This document shows positions 24,055-34,469 of a stretch of 64,000 nucleotides of DNA, in pieces (position 1 is the stretch's first letter; every line of letters begins with the position of its first letter). Made by a program: the position numbers and the translations under genes. The stretch is from Fimicolochytrium jonesii (taxonomy: Eukaryota), in the NCBI RefSeq assembly GCF_025526975.1, contig NW_026515668.1:62001-126000 (forward strand). The letters are read 5' to 3'. The notes under the pieces were generated by a model. It searched no databases and had not been told where the DNA came from. It saw nothing but the letters and a program-made list of their open reading frames with translations.

Positions 24055-27000
24055 TCATTCCCCCATACCGTTATCGGGCCTGCCAAAAAGAGCAAAAATC
24101 AACATGTTCAGCGAAAAAAGACCCAAATCCAAGCCACAACTCCGTCACGAAAAAACCTACATCTCACTCGGCTTTAACAACCCCGGCACCTGCAACGCCT
24201 TCTCCAGCTCGCTCTTCTTCTTCAGTTCCGCCTCGGCTTCCCGCTCGCTCAGGAAAAGCTCGCTGTTATCCGTGCCCGAGAATTCCTACATCCAACAAGC
24301 AGGGTCAGTTCACAATCAACGCGTGCAACCGGGGGATGTGATTTCATCATACCTTCAAGGTAACCAAGAAATCACGCAAATTGGTCCTGAACGCCGGTTC
24401 GTCTGAGCAGGTGGTGAATAAAGCTACGACGACCTTTTGTATTTGCGCGCTGAACCAAATCAGAAAAGAGTCGTATCAGCTACACACTCCCGAAGAACCT
24501 TCCACCCCAACAACATACAAAATCAGCGTTTTCTCTTATCTCACCTCTGCAAATGCGGAAACGCCCTCTGCAACAAATCCATGACATACTCCCCAACAAA
24601 GCGCTGGTTGGTCATAGTCGGATCCGGCACCTGCGCGCGGTCAAACAGCGGCACCGTCAGCTTCGGCGGCTGCGTCGTGTCGGCTACCAAGGTGAACATC
24701 TCGCGGAGGATCATTGTTTGGAGTTTGAAGCCTAATAAATAAATCACCGACAAGTCAGTAACCGTGCCTTTCTGAATCCCAACCACAACCCACTCCGATA
24801 CATACCACTCTTATGAAACGGATTCGTCAACACAAAAAACACATCCTGCAACAGACTCAAAAAGTAACTCTGGTAGAACCCGCTCGCGGTCACGGGGTCG
24901 GCCAGTTTCTCAAAGTTTGTAAACATCTCTAGGATGATCGTGAGGCCAACGTCGCTGATGTCCCGCATCGTGTGCTTGAAAGCCCACACGATGCTGTCGA
25001 GGAAAAGCCGGAATTGGGGGGGTGGGAGGCGGAGGAGGGCTGAAATCAAGGATCTTTTCAGCAGCAGGTAAAGCGGATACGAAGCAGATGTTGGGAGCTC
25101 GTTTTGCCCACCTTGGAAACAGTTTTTGTTAATAGCCTGCATCAAGCTAAAGAACCCAACACGATGTTCAGGGTAATCCTCAAAGTTGTTATTGATCATA
25201 TTCAACGTCGATTCAAACACAGCGTCAAGGATGGCAGGAACCTGCTCGTTCATAGCACTCTGACAAACAACTCAAAAAAGTCAGTGTCATACCTCAACAA
25301 ACGTCTTCACAAACACACACAAACCACCCACCTCAAGCTTATTAATGATATTCGCCAAAACATGCAACACAAACGCATCCTTCGCCGGCTCGACGCTGCG
25401 CGCATAGTCGCTTAGCACCGTCTCGAGGAGGGGCGGGATCAGGTTGTGCATGACGGTGGCGTGGTCTTCCGCTTTGCTGATGTAGGTTTGGACGAGCCGG
25501 AGGACGTCCTTTTTTATCGTGCGGAGGACGCGGACTGTTGGTGTTACCGTTGCGATGTATCCTACATGAACAAATACAATTGATTAAAAATCTTGGTTCA
25601 AATGCCCAAGAAAGATCCAAGATTGACTCACCTTTGACCTCAATCTGCTGACAAATCAACCCGCCCACCGCAGCATACAGCGCTAGCAAATCCAGGTAGT
25701 TGCGCGCAATCTGGATATAGAACGTAGCTCCGACGGACGTGCAGGCGGATATGTTCGTTTTGATGATGTTGGCGAGCATCTTGACCGTTTCCGGATTTTC
25801 GAGGATGTTGGGCTCGATGCGCGCTTGGGCTATGTAGTTGTCCCACTATTATTTGAGAGGGAAAGGGGTGATGAGGAAAGCAGAGGGTATGATAATTCCC
25901 AGCTAACGAATGTGATCGGTTTCAAAACGTACCGCGCGGTTGGCCCCCTCCATAAACCGATTAATAAGCCGTTCCTGCGCCCTGCGCTCGGACTGCGCAG
26001 AGATGATGTACCCGACCGCTTCATAGAATGTATGCAGCTGCGGGGTAGCCAGATCGCTAGTGATGATATCCATCGAGTCGAGTATCTCGTCAATGTACGG
26101 CATGTGCTCGTTCAGCTGCTGGGCGACAAAGTGTCGTTTGCATTTTTGCGCGATTTTGATGAAGGTGTCGCATGCCATTTCCTGTACACCTAGAGAAAAC
26201 AGACCAAAGTTACGTGTAAGTTCCACCAACTCATTTACCGTGTCACGCTCACAAACACTGCTCGCACATTACCTTCATGCATCTCATGCATAAACTCAAA
26301 CAACTTATTCACAACCGTCTTCAAAAACTTCCAATGCGCCTTCAAGAACCGCGGGTACTGCCCCACAATATACATGATATTCGACGCAACGATCGCTTTA
26401 TTATCCTTGCCCTTCTTGATCTCGCACAGGCTGAGGAGCTCCTTGATGACCGTGACGAGGAACTTCTTCTCGACTTCTTCTGACATGGCCATGCTGATGG
26501 AGCCGATTGCCCAGCAGAGCTTGTTGAGGTTTGTCCAGGACCATTCGGAGCCGTCGGCCTGTGGGAATTGGATATCTGAGTTGGGTTGACATTCGAGAAA
26601 GATGTTCGAATGAGAAGTGGGAACCTCACCTGTCCCCTCAGCTTATCCGACATGATCCGTTCCATATCCTCCACATCCAAATGCGTGCAATACACTAGCG
26701 TCTCCCGCATACTCTTATACAGCACAATCGTATCACTCTCCTTCAACGACTCTCGCACAACCTCTCCCTCATCGTTCTCGACAACAATGACTTCCTCGGG
26801 TTTGACCATCTGCTCAATCATGATGGTGCGCAGCCGGGACAGGACTTCGGGGTACATGTCCTTCCTCATGGGTTGGTTGTTGCCAAAGGAGGAACGGACG
26901 CCGGCGAGGTTGAGGAGGGGGACCTCGACGGTTCCGGGGAAGGTGTGTTTTTCTTCGTACAGTTCTCCGACAAGTTTGTACCAGTATTCCAGGCAGATCT

Positions 27001-28432
27001 TGAACAGCTCCCGATCGTCGACCGCGGAAATGGCGAGCAGGTACCGGTGGCCGATGATGAGATGTTGTTTCAGACTCGTCTCTACGAGGGTGGCGGATTC
27101 AAGCGCCTTGACATGTGCACTGAAGAAGCTGGTCAGGAAGAGAGCGAGGTTTTGCACGAACTGCTGGTCGTTGTCCGAAAGGTCGTCCCAAGTGGCTTTG
27201 AGGTCAGTCTCCACAGGAAGCATAGCTGGTATGCTCTCCACGGTGATCGAGTATAACTTCACAAACTTTTCATCGTACGCCGGTTCGTGGACTTGGAGGG
27301 CCGCAATCTCCGTCAAACACTTCAGAGACACATTTCGAAACACCGGAACGGTGAAAAACCGCCGTTCCAAAACCTCAATAAGGTTGGTCTCAAAGATATA
27401 CCCCAACGGAATCCAGTTAAGAAACCTCAGCAATGTCTCCAGCGTCGCGTTGATCAAGCTCGGCTTCTGCGCCTTTTCGAGGACTTCGTGGCAGAGCTGG
27501 AAAATTTCGGAGAATTCGGCACACATGGTGTTTTTCAGGTTTTTCGCTTTGACGGACGTCATTTGCTCGGCGGAAAAGTCGAAGATCTCCTCGCTGTAGA
27601 AGAATCAGGATGTGAGCCCACAGAGTGGTGAGCTGGGTCAAAACTTAAGCACAACATACCTCAGCAGCTTCAGGATGTTCATGTTGTTCTCGCATAGTGA
27701 GAGGTTGCTCTTGCTGGCTGTGACGAGCTCCGGGATGAACGTCGGCCAGTTATGTGGCCACTCCTGCTTCAATATCTTTGAAAGCGTTTTCGTCAGCCAT
27801 GCCAACAATCGGTCCCTTGCATTACGCAGAATACGTACTTGCACCAAAACGATGTTCAATTTCGAAAGCAGCAGGCGGTTCTTCTCCAGTGTCTCGTCGT
27901 CGGACGAGTTTTTGATGATGAAAGCAACAATGAAATTTTTGATGCCTAGGGTTTGTGGGACACTGATTGAGCAGGGTGCCAGTGGTCTCTTCCAGGTGTA
28001 TCCGATCCACGTACCTGCTCGCTGATCTTCCGGCAGGATCTTCCACATGCTCTTGATCAAGTTCTCCAGTATGGACAGTGCGATATACTGCGAGAGGTAC
28101 GGTGAGAGGTGCCCATCAAACGATCCCAGAGAAGTTTGCCAGACACCTACCTTGGACTGCAAAACCTGTGACCGCTCAAGGATAGCGTCCACCCTCTTCC
28201 AAGCGTCGGGGTGCTGCCTGAATTGCTCGAGGACTGTATTCGCCACCGATTGCTGCAACGGGCATCAGTGTCAGTGCCCCCTACACATTCATGTTCCTGG
28301 CATCTCACCAAAAGAGGTCTGCGTCGCAGATGACCCTGTCCTTACCTCTGGCCCATACACAAACATGGCGTTAACGACGCCGTCGAACAGCCCAGTGTCT
28401 AGATCACCGCTAAAGTCCAAGATGCCCTCCAT
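24055..28432 (-). CDS. CRM1: Exportin-1 (CRM1/XPO1), multi-exon
   Basis: [137 protein letters not shown]. Confidence 0.97.
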
Positions 28433-29105
28433 CGTGATAGTATGAAGCAATTTACAGAGTCGAAGAGGTGAAAGTGTCGATGCTGGTGAAGTAGCCCGCC
28501 CTGTTCCTGTATATCCCAAGAGCGTTTGTGCTTTCTCAGAGAGTAACGGCTGTCCCGTTCCCGAAGTTGTGGGAGAAAGCGGAAGGAAGTTCGAAATGGA
28601 CCGGTTGCAGTGAACACCTGGTCCGTGTGAGTAGGTTAGGTATATGTAGCGGCTTCACTTGTGGTGGGCAACAGAAGACGCAGGCTGGTGGCGGAGGAAG
28701 GGGTTGGTTGCTAGTGCCAGGAAGCGCACGGCAAACGGTTGCGTTGGCATGGAGGCAGGACCGGGAGGGGGTTGGGAAAGGGCCCTCGAGACGGATCCGC
28801 TCGCTGGATAAACAACCGCTGCTAAACCGCTTCCTTACGCGCTGTCCCCACCACCCCGCCCGCTATCCTTGACTTGGAATCCTCTGTTCCCCTTCATCCA
28901 AGTTCTCTTCGGTCTTCTTCCGCGCCTTTCCTTCAGCCAAAACGTTGACATTCATTGATGCAGAGCCTCTACACCCTTATAGAGCGTGCACGTCAAATGG
29001 CATTTACTACAGAACTAGCCATCGGACTGACCAGTCTCTCCTCTTTTCGACCGACACTCCGAGTCGGCAACCCGTCTCGTCAGTCAAGTCCATCTAGATA
29101 TGCTG

Positions 29106-30571
29106 TCATTGCTCGCAAACATCACCCTCCACAATACAAAGTGGATCGAGACATGCCTTTGGTTGCGTGCATCCCCAAGCTCCTCCATCTTTCATCATGA
29201 TTATGTGCGAGGTGAAGCCAGTGCTCTCGAAAGCAACATGTGAAGGAGACTTGGCGAGTTCCTTGGCCGGCTTTCTTGAATATGTGCGCAAAGCAGTCCG
29301 CTCGTAACTCTGAATGCGGGGCGGGCGATGGATGGTGAGCATTTTTAGCATTCATGTTGATTCATCGCTCTTCGCTCTATATGTTTTGTGTCCGAAGTCG
29401 AGCGTGCTTTCGGACATCGCCAGGACATCGTGCACATCCGTCCCACAGTCGCGAGGAGATCCCACGCACTTACTCCTGTCGGCCGGCTCGACCTTGAGGT
29501 TCGTCCCGCACTTCGAGGTCTGCTGTCCCGTGTAGCCGGTGGGACAGGGCGCCGACACAGGCATGTCCACCTTCGTGTCTGCGAAAACGCCGTCCGATGG
29601 GCAAGTCATCGGCACACATCCTGACGTGTTTGTATCCCAGATGCCGGTATCTATGCACGTCCCGAGCAGACTGCCGGTGTAGCCCGCAGGGCATGATGCC
29701 GTTGCCGTATAGTTGATGCCTCTGGTGGGGAACGTGCCGTTATCCAGGCATTGCGTAGGCTTAGGGATGCACTGGGATTGATCGATCACGAACTGGCCGT
29801 TGACACATTTGGCCGACCGTTTCCCGGTGAATGCGTACGGACATGAAGCCCATTGCACAGTGCCATCCGGGACCGGAGTCCAGAGGCCACTAGTGTCCTT
29901 GCAATCTTGCGGCAAGGCCACACATTGGCTGTCGTCGATGTAGTTGGAGAAAGTCCCGTCCTCCTTGCACAGCGCATATCGCAGGCCGCTGTAGCCGACC
30001 CGACACGGGGCCGCGCCCTTCTCACCCGACTTGGTTGCCGGCCACACTACGCCGTTGACCTCGGTCTTAGGGCAGTCTGTCGCACGAGAGCATCCGTCCA
30101 TTGTACTGCTATTCTCGAACCCCTGAAGGGTGCACTTAGTCCTCCGCATGCTCCTATAACCAGTCAGACAAGGCGCCTCGCTGTAGCCGCCAACGGACAG
30201 CTCGGGAAACCCCCCGTCCGCATCGCATTTCTTTGCACGGCAATCAGAGACGTACGACTCCGCATCGGTGCCCCAGGTCCCGTCCGGTTTGCAAAATTGT
30301 TTGGAGAACGTCCCGGTGTAATAGTCACTGGGGCATCCCGCAATCTCGCTCCATTGGCCCGGTTTCCTCCTTGGGTGAACGTCTCGTTAGGCGGACAGTC
30401 AGGCGCCGGCGTGGTTCCGCCTGAAGCCTCAGTGCTGCTCTCGGATTGGGCGGGGTGCTGCTCTCGTTGCTCACAGTCTTGGGGCGGAGGAAGTACCACC
30501 CGCCGCTTAACCCGGTCGCCATCAGACAGCTGCAGAGCAGGGCCACAAACAGGACAATAATAGTCACCATG
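29106..30571 (-). pseudogene. Frameshifted Cys-rich surface/secreted protein with tandem HRM-like (C..W/F.....C..G..G....C...G.W.....C) repeats
   Basis: Hydrophobic N-terminus MVTIIVLFVALLCSCLMATGLSGGWYFL. Frameshifts near 30445 and 30365 link to GQWSEIAGCPSDYYTG...CPKTEVNGVVWPATKSGEKGAAPCRVGYSG.... A stop at 29352 is followed by a Cys-rich tail to 29106. No introns. Confidence 0.7.
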
Positions 30572-30665
30572 GTGTGCTTGTGGACGTGCGATGATAAAAA
30601 AAACGCGACCTCCAGTGGAGTGCAGGTATTCGTATAAAGGGTAACGCGCCGGCACAACAAAAGTC

Positions 30666-30950
30666 ATGGCTTCTCTAGGTGTCCTGTCCCTCGATACCGA
30701 GCACCGCTTTATGACCGAGTTCCATGAATATGACATACCTCTCACCAAGACGAACATAACCGAAGCGAAGGAGATCCTGTCAGATCTGCTCAGGACGTCG
30801 GATACACGCATGGTGGCGATCGTAGCCAACGAACGCTTGCGGCGATTCATGAGCACGCCAGTTCCGGATGCAGATGAGGACATCAAGCTGAAAATCGTGG
30901 CCAGCGTCGTTGAGGTTTACCGTGCGCTGGCACATAGGCTGCTCTCGTAG
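30666..30950 (+). CDS. Small intronless ORFan (94 aa)
   Basis: Clean ATG-to-stop ORF with helical composition, packed tail-to-tail with the 30953 ORF (2-nt gap). Confidence 0.55.
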   Translation: MASLGVLSLDTEHRFMTEFHEYDIPLTKTNITEAKEILSDLLRTSDTRMVAIVANERLRRFMSTPVPDADEDIKLKIVASVVEVYRALAHRLLS

Positions 30951-30952
30951 GC

Positions 30953-31414
30953 TCATTCGCGCAATGTACATGCACGGTTAGCTAACTGTAGTTCACCGTC
31001 GTGGAATGTCTTGTTTACAAAAACCCCGTAAGGCGCCCAGAGTGCGTCATTCCAGCGCCTGAATGCCTCCTTGGCGCGATCACTACTTAGAGCACGCCTC
31101 AGCCGGCGCAACGCGTGATACGACCGAATGCATCGCACGTAGCGGTTAGGATGGATCTTGATGCACGCGATGGGTTGCCTTTGAAGTATTATCCGGTTGA
31201 ATGCCCTGCCGTTTACATTCGTTCGTGTATTGCTCGTTGAAAGGTTGACATATTTCCATTCGGAAATATCATTATGCTTGATGAAGACATCAGACAGATC
31301 TGTTGAGTATCCTATGAGGTACTCGTTCCCCAAATGATATGTATGCAAAGTTCTCCCGCCTCTAGTGGCATGTTCGTTTAGCTGACAGTTCTTTGCTAAA
31401 CCTGCCTTGGGCAA
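30953..31414 (-). CDS. Intronless ORFan, possibly 5'-degraded
   Basis: 153-codon open frame in lower-GC DNA with only a non-ATG start; ends ...RRWNDALWAPYGVFV.... Confidence 0.45.
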   Translation of the reverse strand: MPKAGLAKNCQLNEHATRGGRTLHTYHLGNEYLIGYSTDLSDVFIKHNDISEWKYVNLSTSNTRTNVNGRAFNRIILQRQPIACIKIHPNRYVRCIRSYHALRRLRRALSSDRAKEAFRRWNDALWAPYGVFVNKTFHDGELQLANRACTLRE

Positions 31415-31427
31415 ATGCAGATAGTCC

Positions 31428-31838
31428 TCAAAGTAATATATGATGTATTTGTGTCCGAGCCAGTGGAGGTATGGGGCATTGCTGTTGTCGTCGCAACGAG
31501 GCGGTTAGGGATATATGACTGAGTTGACGGCACAATGCGTTGTACGTAATCGAATCCAGAACTCCGACGCGTTGTTTGACAGTGAAACCAGGGCCGTGGA
31601 GCCGGTCAAACAGCATCTCTCGGAGACAGTAGCCGAAAGCCGACTTGTGGGAGGATTCACGCGCTTCTCTATAGAGTGAGTTGATCAGCCAGTAACAGTA
31701 TCGAGACGATGATACCTCGAGAAGGTCTTCCCAGCAACATTTAGCCGCGGCTAGATGTCTCAGGGAACCTACTGCGCAAAGGGTATCGTTGGAGAGAACA
31801 AAAGGTGGCCTTGCTTCTCCATCCTCGATCCTCTGCAA
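31428..31838 (-). CDS. Intronless ORFan, possibly degraded
   Basis: 136-codon open frame with a non-ATG start, 13 nt from the next ORF. Confidence 0.35.
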   Translation of the reverse strand: MQRIEDGEARPPFVLSNDTLCAVGSLRHLAAAKCCWEDLLEVSSSRYCYWLINSLYREARESSHKSAFGYCLREMLFDRLHGPGFTVKQRVGVLDSITYNALCRQLSHISLTASLRRQQQCPIPPLARTQIHHILL

Positions 31839-31856
31839 ACTGTAAACGGAAAAGCC

Positions 31857-32171
31857 ATGGCGGACATCATCAAGTTACTCGCTGCGCTCGACACCGCAAG
31901 TTGCGCCAACGTTTCCTACTTCACGCTCGCTGGCAAGTCGTTCATCGGAAGAGTCGTGTACACCTTTCCTGCGAACCCGACATATTTCGACGTTATCACC
32001 GAGTACCATGGGAATCTTGTGAAATTCAAGCTGTGGAATTCTACACACTGGAAAACGAGAGTAACGCCGAAAACAAACGACATCATACGATTCACTGTGA
32101 TTGGTTTTTCACCGGAGTACGGAGAGGGCTTGCTGGATTGTACTATAGAAGAGAAGCTAGAAGCGATCTGA
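31857..32171 (+). CDS. Small protein resembling a degenerate thermonuclease (SNase OB-fold) of the giant-virus type
   Basis: gccATG start. VSYFTLAGKSFIGRVVY...FDVITEYHGNLVKFKL...IIRFTVIGFSPEYGEGLLDCTI parallels FSL.G....A.VV.VYDGDT..V.....G...KF..R...FDKYGRLL, but the catalytic DGDT is absent. Confidence 0.45.
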   Translation: MADIIKLLAALDTASCANVSYFTLAGKSFIGRVVYTFPANPTYFDVITEYHGNLVKFKLWNSTHWKTRVTPKTNDIIRFTVIGFSPEYGEGLLDCTIEEKLEAI

Positions 32172-32798
32172 TAGTGTTTGAGTATAGGCATTATTGAGTT
32201 TATACAAAGTTCTACTCGCTCTCACACGTCTCGTCTATCGGTATCTGACCAAAGGTGCGCAGAGCGCCGACGTACTCTCGGAAATGAGACTTCTGGAATA
32301 CCTCGCCTCCGATCAATAAGTGAGCGAATGTCACCGAGTCCAAGGGGATCCCGGGGTCCAAGGAGATCCTACAAGCTGTTGCCGCGATTTGGCCAGAAAT
32401 AACATCACCGCAGTAGCCTTCCGCGCGAAATAACAGCCTTCCGCGCAGAATAATCACCGCTGCCTGCGAAGCTCTCACAACGTTCCAACGCTGCGCGACT
32501 GCTCAAGGAGTCTGAAGGCTCGGACATATGAATCCGCTGCGTCGTCGGCAAACACCCTTTCCCTCCACAATCTCAGCATTTCAAGATCAAGACCAAGATT
32601 CCGTGGCCCATTCGCCTTTCATATCGTCGCTCTGTCCCCCGCGCGCTCTCTCGGAGAAGGAGAAGGAGGTATCGCCGACAAGGGTAGAACATTGCGTCGT
32701 CAATACAACGAAGAATATCTAAGGGTAAGCTTTATTATCCATTTGAACTGGGTATCAGGGTGCCGTCGCCTCATTGTTTGCTATTACGTACGCTAGCC

Positions 32799-34043
32799 AT
32801 GACCAAGCGGAAACGAGACAACAAAGAGAACACGGCTGAAGTCACCAAAACCCAGAAGCCCCGCCTGCAAGGTTGGTGTGGTGTGTCCATCTCATTGAAC
32901 TAAGCGGTGGCCGTTCATTGGGGAAGCTACGCTACGGCCGTAGGCTGGTGTGGTGTGGTGTGGTATATATCGTCCAGTGGGTCACTGGCTTACCCAACAC
33001 ATCACCCAGAGACACCAACCATTCCGCCGGACTACGCTCGTTTCAAGAAACGATGGCTCAACAACCTCCTACGGCAACTGACGAACAAAAGCAGAATGCG
33101 CATCGCTGCTTTCGATCTTGACGCCGTGATACCCACGCTTTCCGCTAAACGTCAACCCAACACAATCACGAAACAAGGAAACGTCATAAGAAAGAAGACT
33201 CCCCAATGAGTTTATATGAACGAGATCTCGTTGCCGTCCTCCAGCACCCGGTCTTGGATAGAGGTATGAGCTAAATAGGAATGCTTTCCTTTCCGAGGAA
33301 AAGGTCCAATGCACTTCCAATCCCCAGCCATCTGCGTTGCAGAAGATGCAAAGGGCCTCCCGCTGTTCGCGTACGTCAATAACGCCGTTCATACGACAAA
33401 TATCGCCGATTTGAACAAAGCCATCCAGCAAATGATGGTAGAATACCCAACCAGCCTACTGAAGATGGACGATGCACGTCATGTAACATTCCCAGGGCAA
33501 CCGAAAGAATACGGAGCATGTAATCTGGGAATCTGGCAAGCGCAAGCGGCAACAGTGCCTTCCATCTCTGCCGAATCCGCCGTCTACCGTCACACAGCGG
33601 CTCAGAGCTTTCTGTGCTCCGAGGTCTTCCGGCGGCTCTGTTTCTCAGTTAGTCTGATGTTCGACAAGGTCGACCCGGGCATGGCAAAAGAATACCGGGA
33701 AGCGTTCAAACGGATGGCACCAGAGCATCAAGGATTCTGGGCTTCAAACCCCTACCAGAATTCGTTCGCGATGGTTGTGCTTGTCATCCACGAGTACGTT
33801 CTCAAGCATCGTGACCTGAAGGACGCCAAACACGGATGGTGTGCTGTCGTGTGCCTCGGCGACTTCAAAGACGTTAAATTCTGTCTTCCCGGTCTGGGGT
33901 TGCGTATTCCTTTTCAACCTGGCGATATTTTGTTCATTCGCTCCTTTGCTTTGGAACACATGGTTCGCAAGTGGCAACCGGGCTATCGATACACTATTGT
34001 GTTTAAAATGCACCAGCTGATTCTGAATGGAACCCCTGTTTAG
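32799..34043 (+). pseudogene. TET/JBP-family 2OG-Fe(II) dioxygenase (fungal KDZ-transposon-associated type), 5' part disrupted
   Basis: HRDLKDAKHGWCAVVCLGDF...CLPGLGLRIPFQPGDILFIRSFALEHMV...YRYTIVF gives the HxD...H...R signature. Same-frame upstream stops at 33207, 33267 and 33276. A basic N-terminal exon MTKRKRD begins at 32799. Confidence 0.8.
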
Positions 34044-34469
34044 TTTACGTCTCCTCGCCATAGCTCGTTTACGCCATGTTCTTTTCATCCCAAATCATGC
34101 ATACATCAACAGTAACCTCATATGTAAAGCTTCCCCAATGGAGGAGTGGGCGGATGTTTGCGAAATGCCCGCGAGAAAGCTGAACGGATTGTGCGACGCG
34201 CGCGTTTGCTCACAAGTCCCGCCCGCCCACTTTGGAAGGGCCTCAAAAGTCTTCGAACGCCCCCTTAACAAACCCATTGATTCCCATTGCACTCCTTCCC
34301 CTCAGCACCTCATATTGCAACTGCTGCCACTCCCTCCAGGAAGAGCCTCCGACGGTCCATAGTGTACGTCGAGTCAACAGGCTCAAGCCCCGCTCGCTGA
34401 TCAAGTTCCGCCTGCTCGCGTCGCCCATCGCCGCCCACGTCACCACCAAAACACACACAAATCTCAACA

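Noticed and set aside
28940..34130. Terminal inverted repeats or target-site duplication bounding the foreign island
   Set aside because: None could be identified by eye, so the island is not called a defined transposon.
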